DNA from: Balanoglossus misakiensis
Taxonomy: Eukaryota > Animalia > Hemichordata
Length of the DNA stretch: 64,000 bases
Assembly: GCA_040954595.2 (NCBI GenBank)
Contig: CM082591.2
Location: 8,874,001-8,938,000 of the forward strand
Reading direction: 5' to 3'
This document shows positions 1 to 12,815 of the stretch, piece by piece. Position 1 is the stretch's first letter. Each line of letters opens with the position of its first letter. Under the pieces are notes generated by a model that did not search any database, was not told where the DNA came from, and saw only the letters and a program-made list of their open reading frames with translations. Position numbers and translations under genes: made by a program.

Positions 1-15
1 GATAATATTGCTTAC

Positions 16-161
16 CTGTATGTGAACGTCTCTCCTGGGTTAATAAGACAATGAGAAACTGATGCAACACCATCCATCCACGGAGTACCTTTTTGGACCA
101 TACCGTGCCAGTGTATAGATATTCCTTCAGTTATCAACCTGTTTGTCACTCTCACAACAAC
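16..161 (-). CDS. Multicopper oxidase (laccase-like), coding exon 3; gene continues beyond the window start
   Basis: AG/GT-bounded exon translating [48 protein letters not shown](R). It contains the HWHG...DG...C.I.PG copper-binding signature (L1). Phase 0 matches the previous exon. Confidence 0.93.
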
Positions 162-534
162 CTATTGATAGCAAATTTCTATGCAGTTGTAGTCATTAAA
201 AGGGATATTACCTATAACTTTTACCGTTATTTTGAGTATTTTTTTTGTGTGTATCAAGTGCAACTTCCTAGCCCTGCTCTACGCCAAACATGTATGCTAA
301 TATACCAAGTACTTCACATGTCAACGTAGCCGGTAGATTTTTATTGTTGACAAATGAATTCTTTTTTCTCGATGTTTTTGTGTTAACACTTTGAGATATC
401 AAACAAAGAGTGTCTCGGATTTATTTTAAACCAACTAGCTCAATTTTTATGACACGAAAACTTGATGTAAGGATATACAAACGGCAAAGTTCTTCAAAGA
501 ATACTTCTGAAGAGCAAGTGCCAAATTAATTTAC

Positions 535-635
535 CCGAGTGCCGTCTCTCACAACGATTGGAGGTCCAGGTAACTGACCATTGACAACAATTGCAGTACG
601 ATATGAACCATCGCCGGTCTGAACTTGGTCTAACT
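535..635 (-). CDS. Multicopper oxidase (laccase-like), coding exon 2
   Basis: ttttgcag acceptor and gtaaat donor. Translates (E)LDQVQTGDGSYRTAIVVNGQLPGPPIVVRDGTR, containing the NGQxPGPxI motif of Cu-oxidase domain 1. Phase 1 start matches exon 1. Confidence 0.92.
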
Positions 636-1134
636 CTGCAAAATACAAGCATTCGGAAACATAATTAATATTAAAAACACATTCAACACATGGAATCATT
701 ATTTAGTTTCCATAGTTAGTATACGTCAATTTAATTTTATCAAATAGCTAAGAAGTTCATACTATCATATCTATAGACTTCTGTCTTCCCTTTTAGAGAA
801 ACTCCCTTCCAGTTTTCGATTGTTGAATGACCCCCCCCCCCTTTGATTCGTCCGACCCCCACGCCCTAAATAATGACGGCTCCCTAATGACGTTGGTATA
901 TTAATTTTTATCAACGGCGATATCTAGCTTTTCCTCCGCATTTTGTCATTTTCATTTTTGTTCATTCAGTTTTCTTCAGCCTAAAGTGTCGGCAGTTTGT
1001 CCTGTAGAATATTTCCCTTTTCCTAGATTATTCTGTTTCTCTGTTGCTTTGTTTTTCCGCCAGATCTGTTAGAGTTTTTTCTTTATGTATTATGTATGAC
1101 AGCATGCACGTGTTCTGCCCTTAAATGCACATCT

Positions 1135-1757
1135 TGTCACGAAATCTCGGGAAACACTGCGAATACTTTAAAGGTTCAGCACCTAAGAAAGCACTCTGGG
1201 GAAATTCCCACAGAAATCTGCAGCGTGGTAACGTGAACGAGCTTTCGATGACGACTGTCACTGAAGCGCCGACTTGTGCGTGGACAGAATACGCACTTGT
1301 AAAGCTGTGCTTGGGCGACAGATCACCCGTCCCAACTCAGACGGACCGAATAAGCAATAGCACCGAAAAATAGCTACGTAAACCCACCGATCTAGCAATC
1401 CAGCCTCACAGAGGCACAGTACTGATGCATAGAAATGGAGTTGAACGTAAATAAACGCAAAATAGCGGTAGCCAAGAGATTGGATCAGGAGAACACGAAG
1501 CGCACTGTTAGCTACAAGACGGCTACCTCAGAAGTGACTCAGAAGGTGGGAAAGATTTGCCTATACATGTATGTGCACATGACATGTGACCTAGTCTCCG
1601 CCCCTCAATGGGTGAGTGACATACCATGCACGGGGACCGTGTACCTGAAAATCAGGGATAGTGCCTATTTTACTCAATCACCTGCAAACCCATACCATGA
1701 GCCCCTCCACACCATTGGGTTACCAAGCGCGCATGTAATGTCAGGTATTTCATGACA
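1135..1757 (-). repeat. 3' LTR of the Gypsy element
   Basis: Direct repeat of 8058-8651. Preceded on the minus strand by the polypurine tract taggtgggggagt (1758-1770). Confidence 0.95.
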
Positions 1758-2629
1758 ACTCCCCCACCTAGACCTGTGTATGTCCTCATGCACAATTGGT
1801 TGTCAAAATATTACTTGTCATATACTTAACTGATCCAACCTCAAGGTTAACAAGGGTAAGTAACCCTTCTGTCCTGTCAACAACTAAATCCAGAAGATTA
1901 GTCCAGTCAATACCGTCACAAAAATGTAACTGTGGATACCACATCCTTCTAAAAGTATAAAGCTCGTCGTTCAGTCAGCCATCGTGAGGAACATGCCATA
2001 TTGCACTGGCAATCTTATCGGAAGGACTCGTTGAAGCCTTCGGTAGACTCATCCATGGGTTTGGCAATGTCAGCTTACAATGTGATCATCTACTTGCCAC
2101 CCATTTCTACTTCTGGGCAAACTAAATAAACTGTTATTTATAAGTTTAACGTTACCTGGCCTACCCCTCTCAAAATTGTGTCTAGGTCCTATGTAAACAT
2201 ACATGATGTTACATGCAGAATACTATCTATTGACTGATAAGAAAGTCTGAGGGCCATCGACATCCTGGACAACTCGAATAGTCCAGCAAAACTATAAATG
2301 GATAAAACATATTGCACCCTAGCCCCTACATTTTTGTTTTGCTTTGTTTTATTTTTTTTGTTTATTTTATAATTTTACAGTCAGTCAATGTAAGTCGATC
2401 ATCGAGAAGAAAACTAATAAACGATGATTCCTCATCATCTTTCACTGTGACCCCTTATCACACGCAAGAAGACACATGACCATGCCACTGTGAACTCGTC
2501 GTTCACCAAGTGTAACTCTCCTGTATAGTTACACTTTACCTGACTCACCTACGCAGGGATGTCAACACCTGAAGGGGGATACCACTGATCTCCCTGGCTA
2601 CGTGCGTCCGATTACTTGTGATTAGATTA

Positions 2630-5600
2630 CTTGGACAACCCCTGCAGAGTTCTCCTTTGTCAGCTCCTTCCATGCCTGTTTTATGGCCTTTGTAGGTCTC
2701 CCGAAATCATAGTGGTCAACTGTTTTCATATTTCTCCTTGGATACCTATGACTGCTGTTATGCTCCTCAACCCTGTGTTAATTTGGTTTGTTATCAATGT
2801 TAGGATTATCGAGGTCAAGGTTGACCTCAGACAACTGATTACTTTTCCCCTTAAAAATACAGTTGTGGTCATTCTTTGAGACAGATTCCGAGACATGATT
2901 CTGATTACCTACCCCCGATAATATGAGGTTATTACGAAAATACCGCAAAGAATGCACGAGGACATTAGCGCCGAGTATCGCCCGACGCGCTGTGGAGGAC
3001 GATGCGCTGCGCTAATGTCCGAGTGCATACTTTGAGGTATTTTCGTAATAACCTTACTATTATACATCTTACATCACCGTTAGTTCTTGTGTTGCATGTT
3101 ACGTGGCTTTTAAAACGCCCAAAATGCCGATACATTCGATAGAAAACCGCTCAGTTGACTCAGCGAGCAGCCATCTTTCTTTTTTGTTTACGTGCGTTCG
3201 ACTGGGGGTGTCTTGAAACCGTCCGCATAACAACGCATACCTGTACACAGTGAGTTGGGGCGCCTTGAAACTTAAGGCGTGTTTAACATGCGTTCCGTAC
3301 GTACCGTTCCGTACAGCTTTTTTAGTGCACGCTAAATTCTATTGTTCTCGGTGCCAGATGTATAATAATGTATTATCAGTGTCTACAGGTTTACCAACAT
3401 GTACACGCTCATCCACAGGCACTGTTTTTATCTTCTCCAACCAAGGAACCAGCTCTGTCCCGTGATATTGTTTCAGTTTTTCATGATGTACTATCTTAGG
3501 TTTGCTCCGTTGGCTATGTTGAATTCGGTATACAAGGTCAGAAAGTTTACCAATGACCAGATATGGCCCCTCGTAGACCAACTGCAGTTTGGGAGCATAC
3601 CCCTTTTTCCTTCGCTCGTCTTTGAGCCAAACAAAATCCCCCACTTTAAAGTTACGGCTTGTGGCAAAACGATCATAGAGACGCTTCTGTCGACGAGCAG
3701 TTACTTTTAATTGTGTTCTTGCATGTGCATGTGCTTGTTCTAATTTATCACGTAAATTGGTTACATAGTCAGAGCTAGACCCCCCTTAAGGGAGATCTAC
3801 TGGCGTCAATGCTATATCCAATGGATAGTGCAACTCTCTCCCCAACATCAGCATATTAGGGGTTTCTCCTGTAGAAGGATGTACGCTACTGTGGTGTGCA
3901 AAAGTAGCTAAACTAACATTCTCATCACAGTCTATATGCTCTGATATAGCGTACAAGTGAGTGATTGTACTTTTCGACCTTACCGTCACTCTGCGGGTGA
4001 CGTGGGGTTGTATAAGTTTTGTTAACCCAAAGCAACTCACACACCTCCTTGAATACTCTTGAAAAAAAGGCCTATGCTCTATCTTGAATTTGTACTGACC
4101 CAATAATTCTATCCATCGGACTAATTGCCCCTCAGGGTTCTTAAAACGCAATAACCAGACCAATGAGGCATGATCTGTTCGAATTGTGAACTCCCTACCG
4201 AGCAGGTAGTGTCTGAAATATTTGACATATTCAACGACCACCAGCAGTTCTTGGCGCGTCACACAATAATTTCTTTCTGCTTTACTCAGGACCTTGCTAG
4301 CGTAACAAATGGGCCTTTCCACACCCACTTGTATCTGGCTCAGCACAGCACCTATACCTACTTTGCTGGCATCAGTATCTAGGATGAAATCCTCTTTTGC
4401 AGACGGGAAGGCTAATACTGACCAGGATGTTAATAAATGCTTAAGTCTGTCAAAAGCTTCTTGTCATTCTGACGACCAAACAAAATGAGCATTCTTTTTG
4501 GTGAGCTCATTAAGTGGCTTTACTATACTAGAAAAGTCTTTAATGAACCGCCTGTAGTAAGATGCCAACCCATAGAAACTACGCACCTCTGATACATTAG
4601 TCGGTGCTGGCCATTTGCAAATGGATTCAATTTTCTTGGGGTCAGTGGAAACACCCTCCTTTGAAACTGTATGGCCCAAAAACTCTACCTGTTCGGCAAA
4701 AAGCACACATTTCTCTGCCTTCAACTTCAATCCAGCCCCTTTCAGTTTATCAAACACCATCTGCAACCGTTTCAGCTCTTCCTCAAATGTACTAGCAAAG
4801 ACGATCAGGTCATCCAAATACAATAGACACACTTCCCATTGCAGCCCGTAGAATACCTTCTCCATTAATTTTTGAAAGGTGCCCGGTGCCCCTGATAAAC
4901 CCATGGGCATAACTGTCCATTCTAACGACCTACCAGATGGAGTCACAATAGCTGACTTTTGTCGGCTTTCTTCATCTAGGGCAACCTGATAAAAACCACT
5001 GCAAAGGTCAAGGCAACTGTTAAAGCGTGCTCCACCCAGGCTTTCCAAGTTGTCCTGTATACGAGGCAAGGGATATGCATTAACAAGTGTTACTGCATTT
5101 AGGCGACGAAAATCACAAACCAGACGAAATGAGGAATCTTTCTTGGCTACAAGTAGACATGGGCTACTCCACGGGGAGTCACTTTCTACCAACAGCCCCT
5201 TGTCAACAAATGTTTGTATTTGCTTGTCAATTTCCGCTTTCTTCCAATACGGAGCACGGTATGGAAGCAATTGTATGGGTTTCTCAGTTGTCGTGGGTAT
5301 ATGATGTTCCACTATGTGTGTTTTACCCAAATCTGTTGAATCTTTGATGAAGACATCAGCATTCTTTACCAGCACATCAAACACTAACTGCTTCTGTTGA
5401 TCTTAAAGTTAAATTCTGAACGCTCTGCTATATTGATCTTTCATATGGTCTGGCATTCTGCTACACTCACCAGCAGTTATTGTGTTGACAGATGGGAGTG
5501 TTGTCATTTCATCAGGTTTACTCAAAACATGGGAGGACTCGATATCAAAATTGACTGTTTTGTCCATTCTCAACAGACCCATATACTGTACCTTTTTAAC

Positions 5601-6330
5601 CTCAATGTCTTGGTTACAGAGATTTATAACTCTCACTGCGTGTAATTTATTTCCCGCTTGACTAAGAGACCCTGCCCCCATTAGTCCAACTTCATTCAAC
5701 TGCACTGGCGTCACCAAAGCTGTTATTTCAGAGAAATTGTGTTGGATGGTGTCCTCTGACAAACCACCAGATATCTCACTTTTAGAAAACTGACGACCCC
5801 CATACAAACTATTACCAATGTTACCAACTCGAGGAGTTATACTCATACGAGACATGATAATGGCTTCATGCCCTGCCGGAATAGATTGAGCCCAATTTGC
5901 TTGCAACCGACAACAAAAAGGCTTTACATCTTCATGAACTGTTTCCACCTGTTTGTTTCCTACAGTTACTGTACCCTTTTGAAGGTCCAAACGACAGTCA
6001 AATTCTCTCAAAAGATTCATACCCAAAATACCTGCAGACCCATTTAGAGTTTCAGCTATTAAATAGGTTCGACAGCTTGCCTTTCCCCTATTTCTATTTT
6101 CATCAAAGTTTCAGCCCATAGGCCTGGGATACTTTCGACCCATCCACCTGTATTAAACATGTACCAGAATCTGTCAACTGTGGGCGTTCATCTTTTGATA
6201 TAAGTTCGAAAAATTCTTTAGAAATGATGCTATGCGTTGAACCAGTGTCTACAAGACACTTTTGGGTTACTCCGTGCATGTTTATTGAAGATAAATTGTT
6301 ACCTAAGTGCAAATGACCAAGAGCAACCAC
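2630..6330 (-). pseudogene. pol: Gypsy pol (protease, RT, RNase H, integrase remnants)
   Basis: Protease LVDTGS; RT RLVCDFRRLN, MPMGL and YLDD (4464-5384); RNase H TDAS...PICYAS...TDH; integrase C-terminal GPY motif (3339-3644). Most of the integrase core is deleted near 4050. Confidence 0.93.
2923..3366 (+). mobile_element. Non-autonomous hairpin element (Crypton-like) inserted in the Gypsy integrase tail
   Basis: ~130-bp subterminal hairpin (2926-3055) and an ATAAT direct repeat at both ends. Removing it restores the integrase frame (DTDNTLL|SGVGNQ). Confidence 0.7.
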
Positions 6331-6590
6331 GGGTTGACTGTCCACCCGAGAGTTTCCCTCAGACTTTGACAGAAATGGTGCCAAGTCTGCAGTGACAGAA
6401 GAATTCTTCACACAAGTTTTATGAGGTGTATTTGCCTGTGTTTTCGGATGTCGGATTTTACCACCCCTCCCCTTTTTATTGTTAGCAGGTTCAGCGATAT
6501 CAGATCTCGAGAGAGAATTGGGACTGTTTGTCGTTTTCTTATGAGCTCGATCTTTTCCGGCCTTTCCCACATTACCATATTGTGACTGTT

Positions 6591-7864
6591 TTATTTGGGT
6601 TGGGAGCCGTCCGGCTCTCCCAACCCTTTGGAGTTTAACGACTCCACATTTTTATCCGTCCGACTGGGCTTATATTGGGGACACTGTACTTTTCGATGCC
6701 CCTCAATTCCACAGATCCAACAAACAAGTTTCTTTGGGTCTGGGGCTTCATAGACTCTGCAAATTCCAACCTTTCCAAGCGATCTAGTATAATTGTAACA
6801 ACACATCATTTGTACCCGTCGCCTGAACTTTACTTCCAGCAGCATTGTCAGTACTAGTGACTCGGACATTGGCAGTCTTTCCCTTTGCTTGACAAAACTT
6901 TTGAAAACTTTCCTCACACTGTGCTTCATGAACAACATTATCCAGGGTAGCATCTTTTTCTCTACCCGCTTCACTGATTTTACGCTGAATAGCCACATCC
7001 TTTACGGCCATCATAAGACTATCTATGCAAAGGCGTTCCAAACATTCGCCAGTGGCACTTGGATATGCTTTTATCATCATTTCCCTTATTTCTTGGGCCA
7101 AATCTTGGAGCGATTGATCTTTCTTTCGCGCAATGCTTTTCACCCGCAGACGGAAATCATCTGCGAGCCCACTAGCAGAGAAACGTTTTCCAAGCAACTG
7201 ACATAATCCCTCTTAGGTGTCGATGTCTTGCCCACAGTGAGCTGCAAATTGTAATGCACGTCCCCTCAATTTGGTCAACAACATGTTATATCGTTTTTCG
7301 GAATCCCACTGATTGACTTTGGCACAAATGTTGAAGTGAACTCGATAATTGGCGAAAAGCTTTGTCCAGAAGCGGACAAATTTGGACTGTCGCATGTTCT
7401 AACAATGGGGGTTGTGTTCGCCCCTCTTGTCGGAAAACTCTCATTACCACTCGATAAACTTCTACCTCTACCAATACAAGATAAATAACCTTTTGTGTCT
7501 CTCACTTGAGGGCTGAAACGAGGTATAGGAAAGTTGTTTTGGCTGCAGCTGGGGTATAACCCGTTCCCTCTGCTCCGCCACCACCACTCAAACAAACGCC
7601 TTTCTGAACTGTAGAGGTGAAAGTACTACCGTTATTTCTAGTAACAGTGTTGAACCCACTGTCAACGCTATCCACATCGTCCCCAAAAGAGAATGGAATA
7701 GCCTGTCCCCTGTGCTGAACACGGGGATGTATGACCGCTCCATCAGGAGAGATGAGAGGAGGCAAATTCTTGTCGCTCTCAGTCTGTTTCTGACGAGTAT
7801 TTGATGCGGATTATGCTGGCTGACCGCGAGGAAACGAAATATCGCTGTCTACAGATTTCTCCAT
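6591..7864 (-). pseudogene. gag: Gypsy gag (frameshifted)
   Basis: Broken ORFs with capsid-like segments (NQWDSEKRYNMLLTKLRGRA; QSLQDLAQEIREM) and the CCHC knuckle CWICGIEGHRKVQC. Confidence 0.85.
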
Positions 7865-8034
7865 TGCAATGAAATATGAAAAACAAGACTAACCCAGTAA
7901 CACTGTATATAGCGCAACAAAAGAGCTATTGTTCTATCATAAAAAGTAGCAAACTCGAAGCGAACACCTGCGCAATCCTGGAACACGAACACTAACAACA
8001 GTAGAAATCAAGAACGCCAAAACCAAATTTTTAC

Positions 8035-8055
8035 AATCCCGCTAAGCTGCCACCA
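8035..8055 (-). promoter_or_regulatory. Primer-binding site, probably tRNA-Leu
   Basis: TGGTGGCAGCttagcGGGATT lies 2 nt inside the 5' LTR and resembles the complement of the tRNA-Leu 3' end (...AATCCCACCGCTGCCACCA). Confidence 0.75.
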
Positions 8056-8057
8056 AT

Positions 8058-8651
8058 TGTCACGAAATCCCGGGAAACACTGCCAATACTTTAAAGGTTC
8101 AGCACCTAATAAAGCACTCTGCGGAAATTTCCACAGAAATCTGCAGTGTGGTAACGTGAACGAGCTTTCGATGACGATTGTCACTGACGCGTTCGACTTG
8201 TGCGTGGACAGAAGACGAACTTGTAAAGCTGGGCTTGGGCGACAGAACACCCGTCCCAACTCAGACGGACCGAATAAGCAATAGCACTGAAAAAATAGCT
8301 ACGTAAACCCACCGATCTAGCAATCCGGCCTCACAGAGGTACACTGGTGATGCATAGAAATGGAGTTGAACGTAAAAAAACGCAAAATAGTGGTAAACAA
8401 GAGATTGGATCAGGAGCACACGAAGTGCACTGTTAGCTGCAAGACGTCTGCCTCAGAAGTAACTCAAAAGGTGGGAAAGAGTTGCCTATATGTGCACATG
8501 ACATGTGACCTAGTCTCCGCCCCTCAATGGGTGAGTGACATACCATGCACGGGACCCTGTACCTGAAAATCAGGGATGTTGCCTATTTTTCTCAGCCCCT
8601 CCACACCATTGGGCTACCAAGCGCGCATGTAATGTCAGGTATTTCATGACA
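8058..8651 (-). repeat. 5' LTR of the Gypsy element
   Basis: Direct repeat of 1135-1757 with substitutions and short indels. Followed on the minus strand by the PBS. Confidence 0.95.
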
Positions 8652-8720
8652 ATCTTCTTTGCAATTCTAGTCAATTTGTTTTCTTTCTTTTTATTTCAAA
8701 TATTTTGTTAGGGCCATTAA

Positions 8721-9515
8721 GATGGGTCCCTGGGATCTTTTTGCTCGTTGCTATGGGCCTTTATAGGACACTACACTCAATTTTGATCGAAACCGTTATG
8801 AACGTCCGACAAGGGGCTTGTAACTAGTTAAAAATACACACGATTGTGTGCACACCCCCTGTCCGAGTATGTTTACGGCAGCTACCGCCCGGCCATAGGC
8901 CGCCACGCTAATACGGCAAAGCAGCGGTCAGCGATAGCGTGCGCGTCCTGTAACCACAGTAACTGGATCGAAGGCTAAAAATCCAATGTTTTGTACACAG
9001 AGATTTTGTACCGTTCACGAAAATCCCTAAGGCTTTTTTCATAGGCGACGTAGGCCAGCCAAATTTGACCTGCTTGTTGAGAACGCACTTCCGCATAGTG
9101 TGACGGATCGTTTTTTCGGTTTTCGTCGTGCTAAGAAGCGATACCAGTGGAAGAGTGCGTCCAAAAACACCCAAAATCGATGACTTTTTCAGGTGTGGTA
9201 CGGGTATGCTGAAATCGTAGGATACAACGATAACATTCGAAAACAAAATCCGTCACGATCTTCCCTGGTTCAAGCAACTAATGAATACATATCAAGTTCG
9301 TTTTTGAGGTCACGGAATAAAAAGCCTTAGGCTTTTGAAATTTGACCTAACTAATTTGCATATCAATGGCGTCAGGGGGCGCGCGCTCACAATCGTGCAG
9401 ATTTTCAACTAGTTACCAGCCCCTTGTTAGACTCTGAAAACGGCTTAGTCCAAATCGGGGTGTAATGTCCTATAAAGGCCCATAGCAACGGGCAAAAAGA
9501 TCCCAGGGACCCATC
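8721..9515. mobile_element. MITE with ~150-bp TIRs and TTAA duplication (Sola3/Kolobok-like)
   Basis: ttaa|gatgggtccctgggatcttttt...aaaaagatcccagggacccatc|ttaa. Confidence 0.88.
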
Positions 9516-10158
9516 TTAAGGAAGACTAGTTCTGATGAATTATATTTCATGGTATAAAAACCAAATGTATGTAATGCAATTACTTCTTATGGTGAAATTG
9601 TTATTAAAACACAATGCCCGGTTTGGGCATATAACATTACGAACCTGCGCATGCGTACTGGTCAGTAAGCTGCAAAGCGACTATAAACCCACTTGTATGA
9701 CCATTGAACAAAATAAAGTTACTGAAGCATGGAGAACTCAATCTTTAGGGCTGCCTCGTATAGAACTACTCATTTGTATTCAACGAGTGCTCCATAACAG
9801 TCTCATTGTCGTCATATGAAAAAAAAAAAAGGCGCCGTATAATATCCACCAACACTTTCAGTTTCGTTTCACCCATTTACATTTCATTTTACAAATTCCC
9901 ACTATATGTTTACAAGGCATACAAGGCACACATTCTTTGTCAATTTGGATTGTCTGCGGTTGTTTTTGTGCGACCACGATGACCTTAGCTGGCCTAGATG
10001 CGGAGTGTCTTTAACCCTACACTCGTGAATAGAAACGATTAGTGGGAAACGACATGAAGAGGGGCGGTACAATGAAAGCTTTCGACGAGGTGAAAACGTT
10101 GTTAGTAATACACAATTTTCAATAATTATGAGGTTTGTGAGCTTTAGAAGCCACTTAC

Positions 10159-10429
10159 CTTCTTGGGTCAACTCTACTTCCCTACTGCAGTCGATATCCA
10201 GGACACGTTTATATAGCTTGCCATCGGCTTTAGGGTAAACGGGGACAGCGCTGTCTCGAGTTTCGTTGTACAATGCCATGGTTTCCCTGTACGATACCTG
10301 CCAGTTGTAGGTGCACACTTCGTAGTTGTCTTTCAAACGACAATCTCCATTTGGAGTTAAAATCTCCGATTTCACCGGCAAAGATACAACGATTACTAAA
10401 AGTAGAGACAGTGGGAAGTTGCGAAGCAT
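10159..10429 (-). CDS. Multicopper oxidase (laccase-like), coding exon 1 with signal peptide
   Basis: ATG at 10429, hydrophobic signal peptide MLRNFPLSLLLVIVVSLPVKS, then a C...C.Y.W segment like animal laccase N-termini. Ends at a gtaagt donor in phase 1, compatible with exon 535-635. Confidence 0.85.
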
Positions 10430-10918
10430 GTTGAAACGCTCTGCACCAGACCCACAGCGAACAATAGAACCACGTTCACAAGAGGTGAATTGAACCCACG
10501 CTGCACGTAAGGGGTGTGTGAATGAAAATGAAACAGAATTCTGTGTCAGGGACTCTATATGGCCTCTATCACAATCACCCATGAAAGAAGTCAATAAATC
10601 ATGAAACCGTGGCATATTTCGGCTAATCATTAAACCAATATGCACTTTCCAAAGCTAATTGCCCAGAGGAGATATTTCCCGAAAGTACCTAACTGACGCC
10701 ACACACGGGGGCGGGGTGGGGTGGGGTGGGAGGTAATTGTACATTTTTTACACAAAATAGTTATATGTGTTTACTTTAATAACAAAACATATCTCCGATC
10801 TCATATTATCTCTCTTAGGACAAACCAGCCAATAAATGAAATGAGGCGAAGACTGTGGGGGGGGGGGGAGGGGGTGGGTGTGGGTGGGTGTGGGACAACA
10901 CACCAGCTATGGCAGCGA

Positions 10919-11089
10919 TAGACTCTCTCACAGCCCCTCTCGCCGTCCATGCAGGCTATGGTCTAAATTCATGTGTGCCCGGCGAGATGTTCGCTACACA
11001 ACAACATATGGGGCTTCTCCTTTGCTAAACGGTTGAGGGCGCGTCTGTGAAAAGCCTTGTAGCGAACCGTGGACTTTGATGAGAGTCTA
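10919..11089. mobile_element. 171-bp MITE with TAG...CTA termini and 9-bp TSD (AcademH-like)
   Basis: tggcagcga|tagactctc...gagagtcta|tggcagcga. Confidence 0.8.
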
Positions 11090-12581
11090 TGGCAGCGAAA
11101 GAGTGGATGGTGTTGGCGAAGATCGATGATCATTTCTGTCCTGTGCTATCTGCTCAGAGCGATAGGCCTACAATACATGTAACACTAAACTGCTGTCGTG
11201 TCTACATAACTTCTGCGAGCCGAGTCTGGGTATATCAGCAAATCTCTCTCGTAGTCGGCTGAAAATATGGTCTGACCCCCAAAAATTGCAACAAAAGGTT
11301 TCTCAATGGTTTTCTGTAGTATTGAATGTCCTTAATAACATATAAAAAGTCTACCAAAATCTGATGGCCGGAAATGTGTAATTTTAAAGGTTTTACCCAA
11401 GATGACTGCCACAGACTTAATTTTCCATATTTTAGTATATTCTAATTTTCTTGTTTTTAAAATATTTTGTATATCAATGACTTTTTAACAAATGTAAAGA
11501 AAAATCGGGTGTTCCTATGCTACTTTTTTCAATGAGATGGTCTAAAACTTTGTGATCAATGCCGAATCAGCACTTTTCTTGCACACCTCATGCTACAGTT
11601 TTCCTATGCTGAAAATATCTGAATAGATATCTCAAAATGAAGATGTGGGTGTATGGCTTTTAATGTACCGGTTAAACACACCATAGCAGGAAAAAGTCAG
11701 TAACTCCAAGGTGTTCCAGGAAATATGTAATTGGTTGACGACGTATGGTTGGCAACCACTCACGTTACATTGAATAACATGTCTGAAATCATCAAATATG
11801 CATCGTCGTAAACCGCGACCTCTTTACGGCAACAGTTTCTGCGTAGCGGGGGTAAACGACCCTGGTTCGGGAGAATGCATGTATGTTACTGAATCCCAAT
11901 ATATTGCCAGGCTATCTGCCAATACATTTGTGATTTTTCTGACTGAGAACATTTGTTGAAATCGAACTACGAAGGCTCAGGTGTGATTTTGTAAGCCTCG
12001 CAGTCATCAATAGAATGAATAACAATGCACAATGCATGTTGTGCTGACGTCATGTTTGACTGACGTCACAAGCAACTGTTTCAATCGTGTCCATCAATGA
12101 TTGGATAGAGATCTGTGTCGTAAAAAAAACTACATTTTAACAGACCACGTATCCATGATTGATGAACGACATATTTACCAAATTAAAACAACGGACACCA
12201 TAGCGATTTGCAATAGCTATCGTTAATACTGCCATAAATCTGGCAAACTTTCAGCTGAAGATTTACACAGTGTATTTGTTAGGGTTCAGGTAATTTACAC
12301 GATTACAAGTCGGAGTATTCGTTCGAATTAAAAAATGAATAATCTTGTCATACTTTTGGAATGTATCTCATTTTTTGTCGTGACTATACTTTTAGAATTA
12401 TTGGTTAATATTAACGTTAAAGAGAGAAATATTTTAGTGTATCTAAAACAATGTGCTTCGACTAGAACAGTAAAATGAAATCATTAAATTAACATTGGCT
12501 ATATTTGAACTTAGCAGAACATATTGGTACAAAACGACGTGCGTGTTAGAGATACTATAGGATTGGAAGTCATTATTTCAA

Positions 12582-12815
12582 AGGGACAAAGTCTCTCTCT
12601 CGCTGCCCTTTTTTCCATTTATTATGTTTGATACAAGAAACCGCCAACATGAATAGTTGGTGAGTTTTTCACTGTCGTGTCTACGATGGATGGAAGTTGT
12701 GTGTGGTCAAACCTTGATTCACTATATATCTAATTGTAGAATAACATAAAAGGTGTCTTGTATCAAACGTGATTAATGGAAAATCTGCACAGAGAGAGAG
12801 ATCGACTTTGTCCCT
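12582..12815. mobile_element. Kolobok-like MITE
   Basis: TIR agggacaaagtc...gactttgtccct flanked by tcaa/ttaa. Confidence 0.7.

Larger units (their letters stand above)
1135..8651 (-). mobile_element. Ty3/Gypsy LTR retrotransposon, decayed, inside intron 1 of the oxidase gene
   Basis: Two ~600-bp direct repeats with TG...CA ends, ATCT target duplication (1131-1134 and 8652-8655), and gag-PR-RT-RH-IN order on the minus strand with frameshifts, stops and an integrase-core deletion. Confidence 0.96.

Noticed and set aside
1125-1755. ORFs 1125-1373 and 1435-1755 and their twins at 8057-8566
   Set aside because: They lie inside the two LTRs, so the twin similarity reflects LTR duplication and not conserved proteins.
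9902-10645. 247-aa ORF as a single-exon gene
   Set aside because: Only 10159-10429 is the real exon. The rest is upstream sequence and intron read-through.
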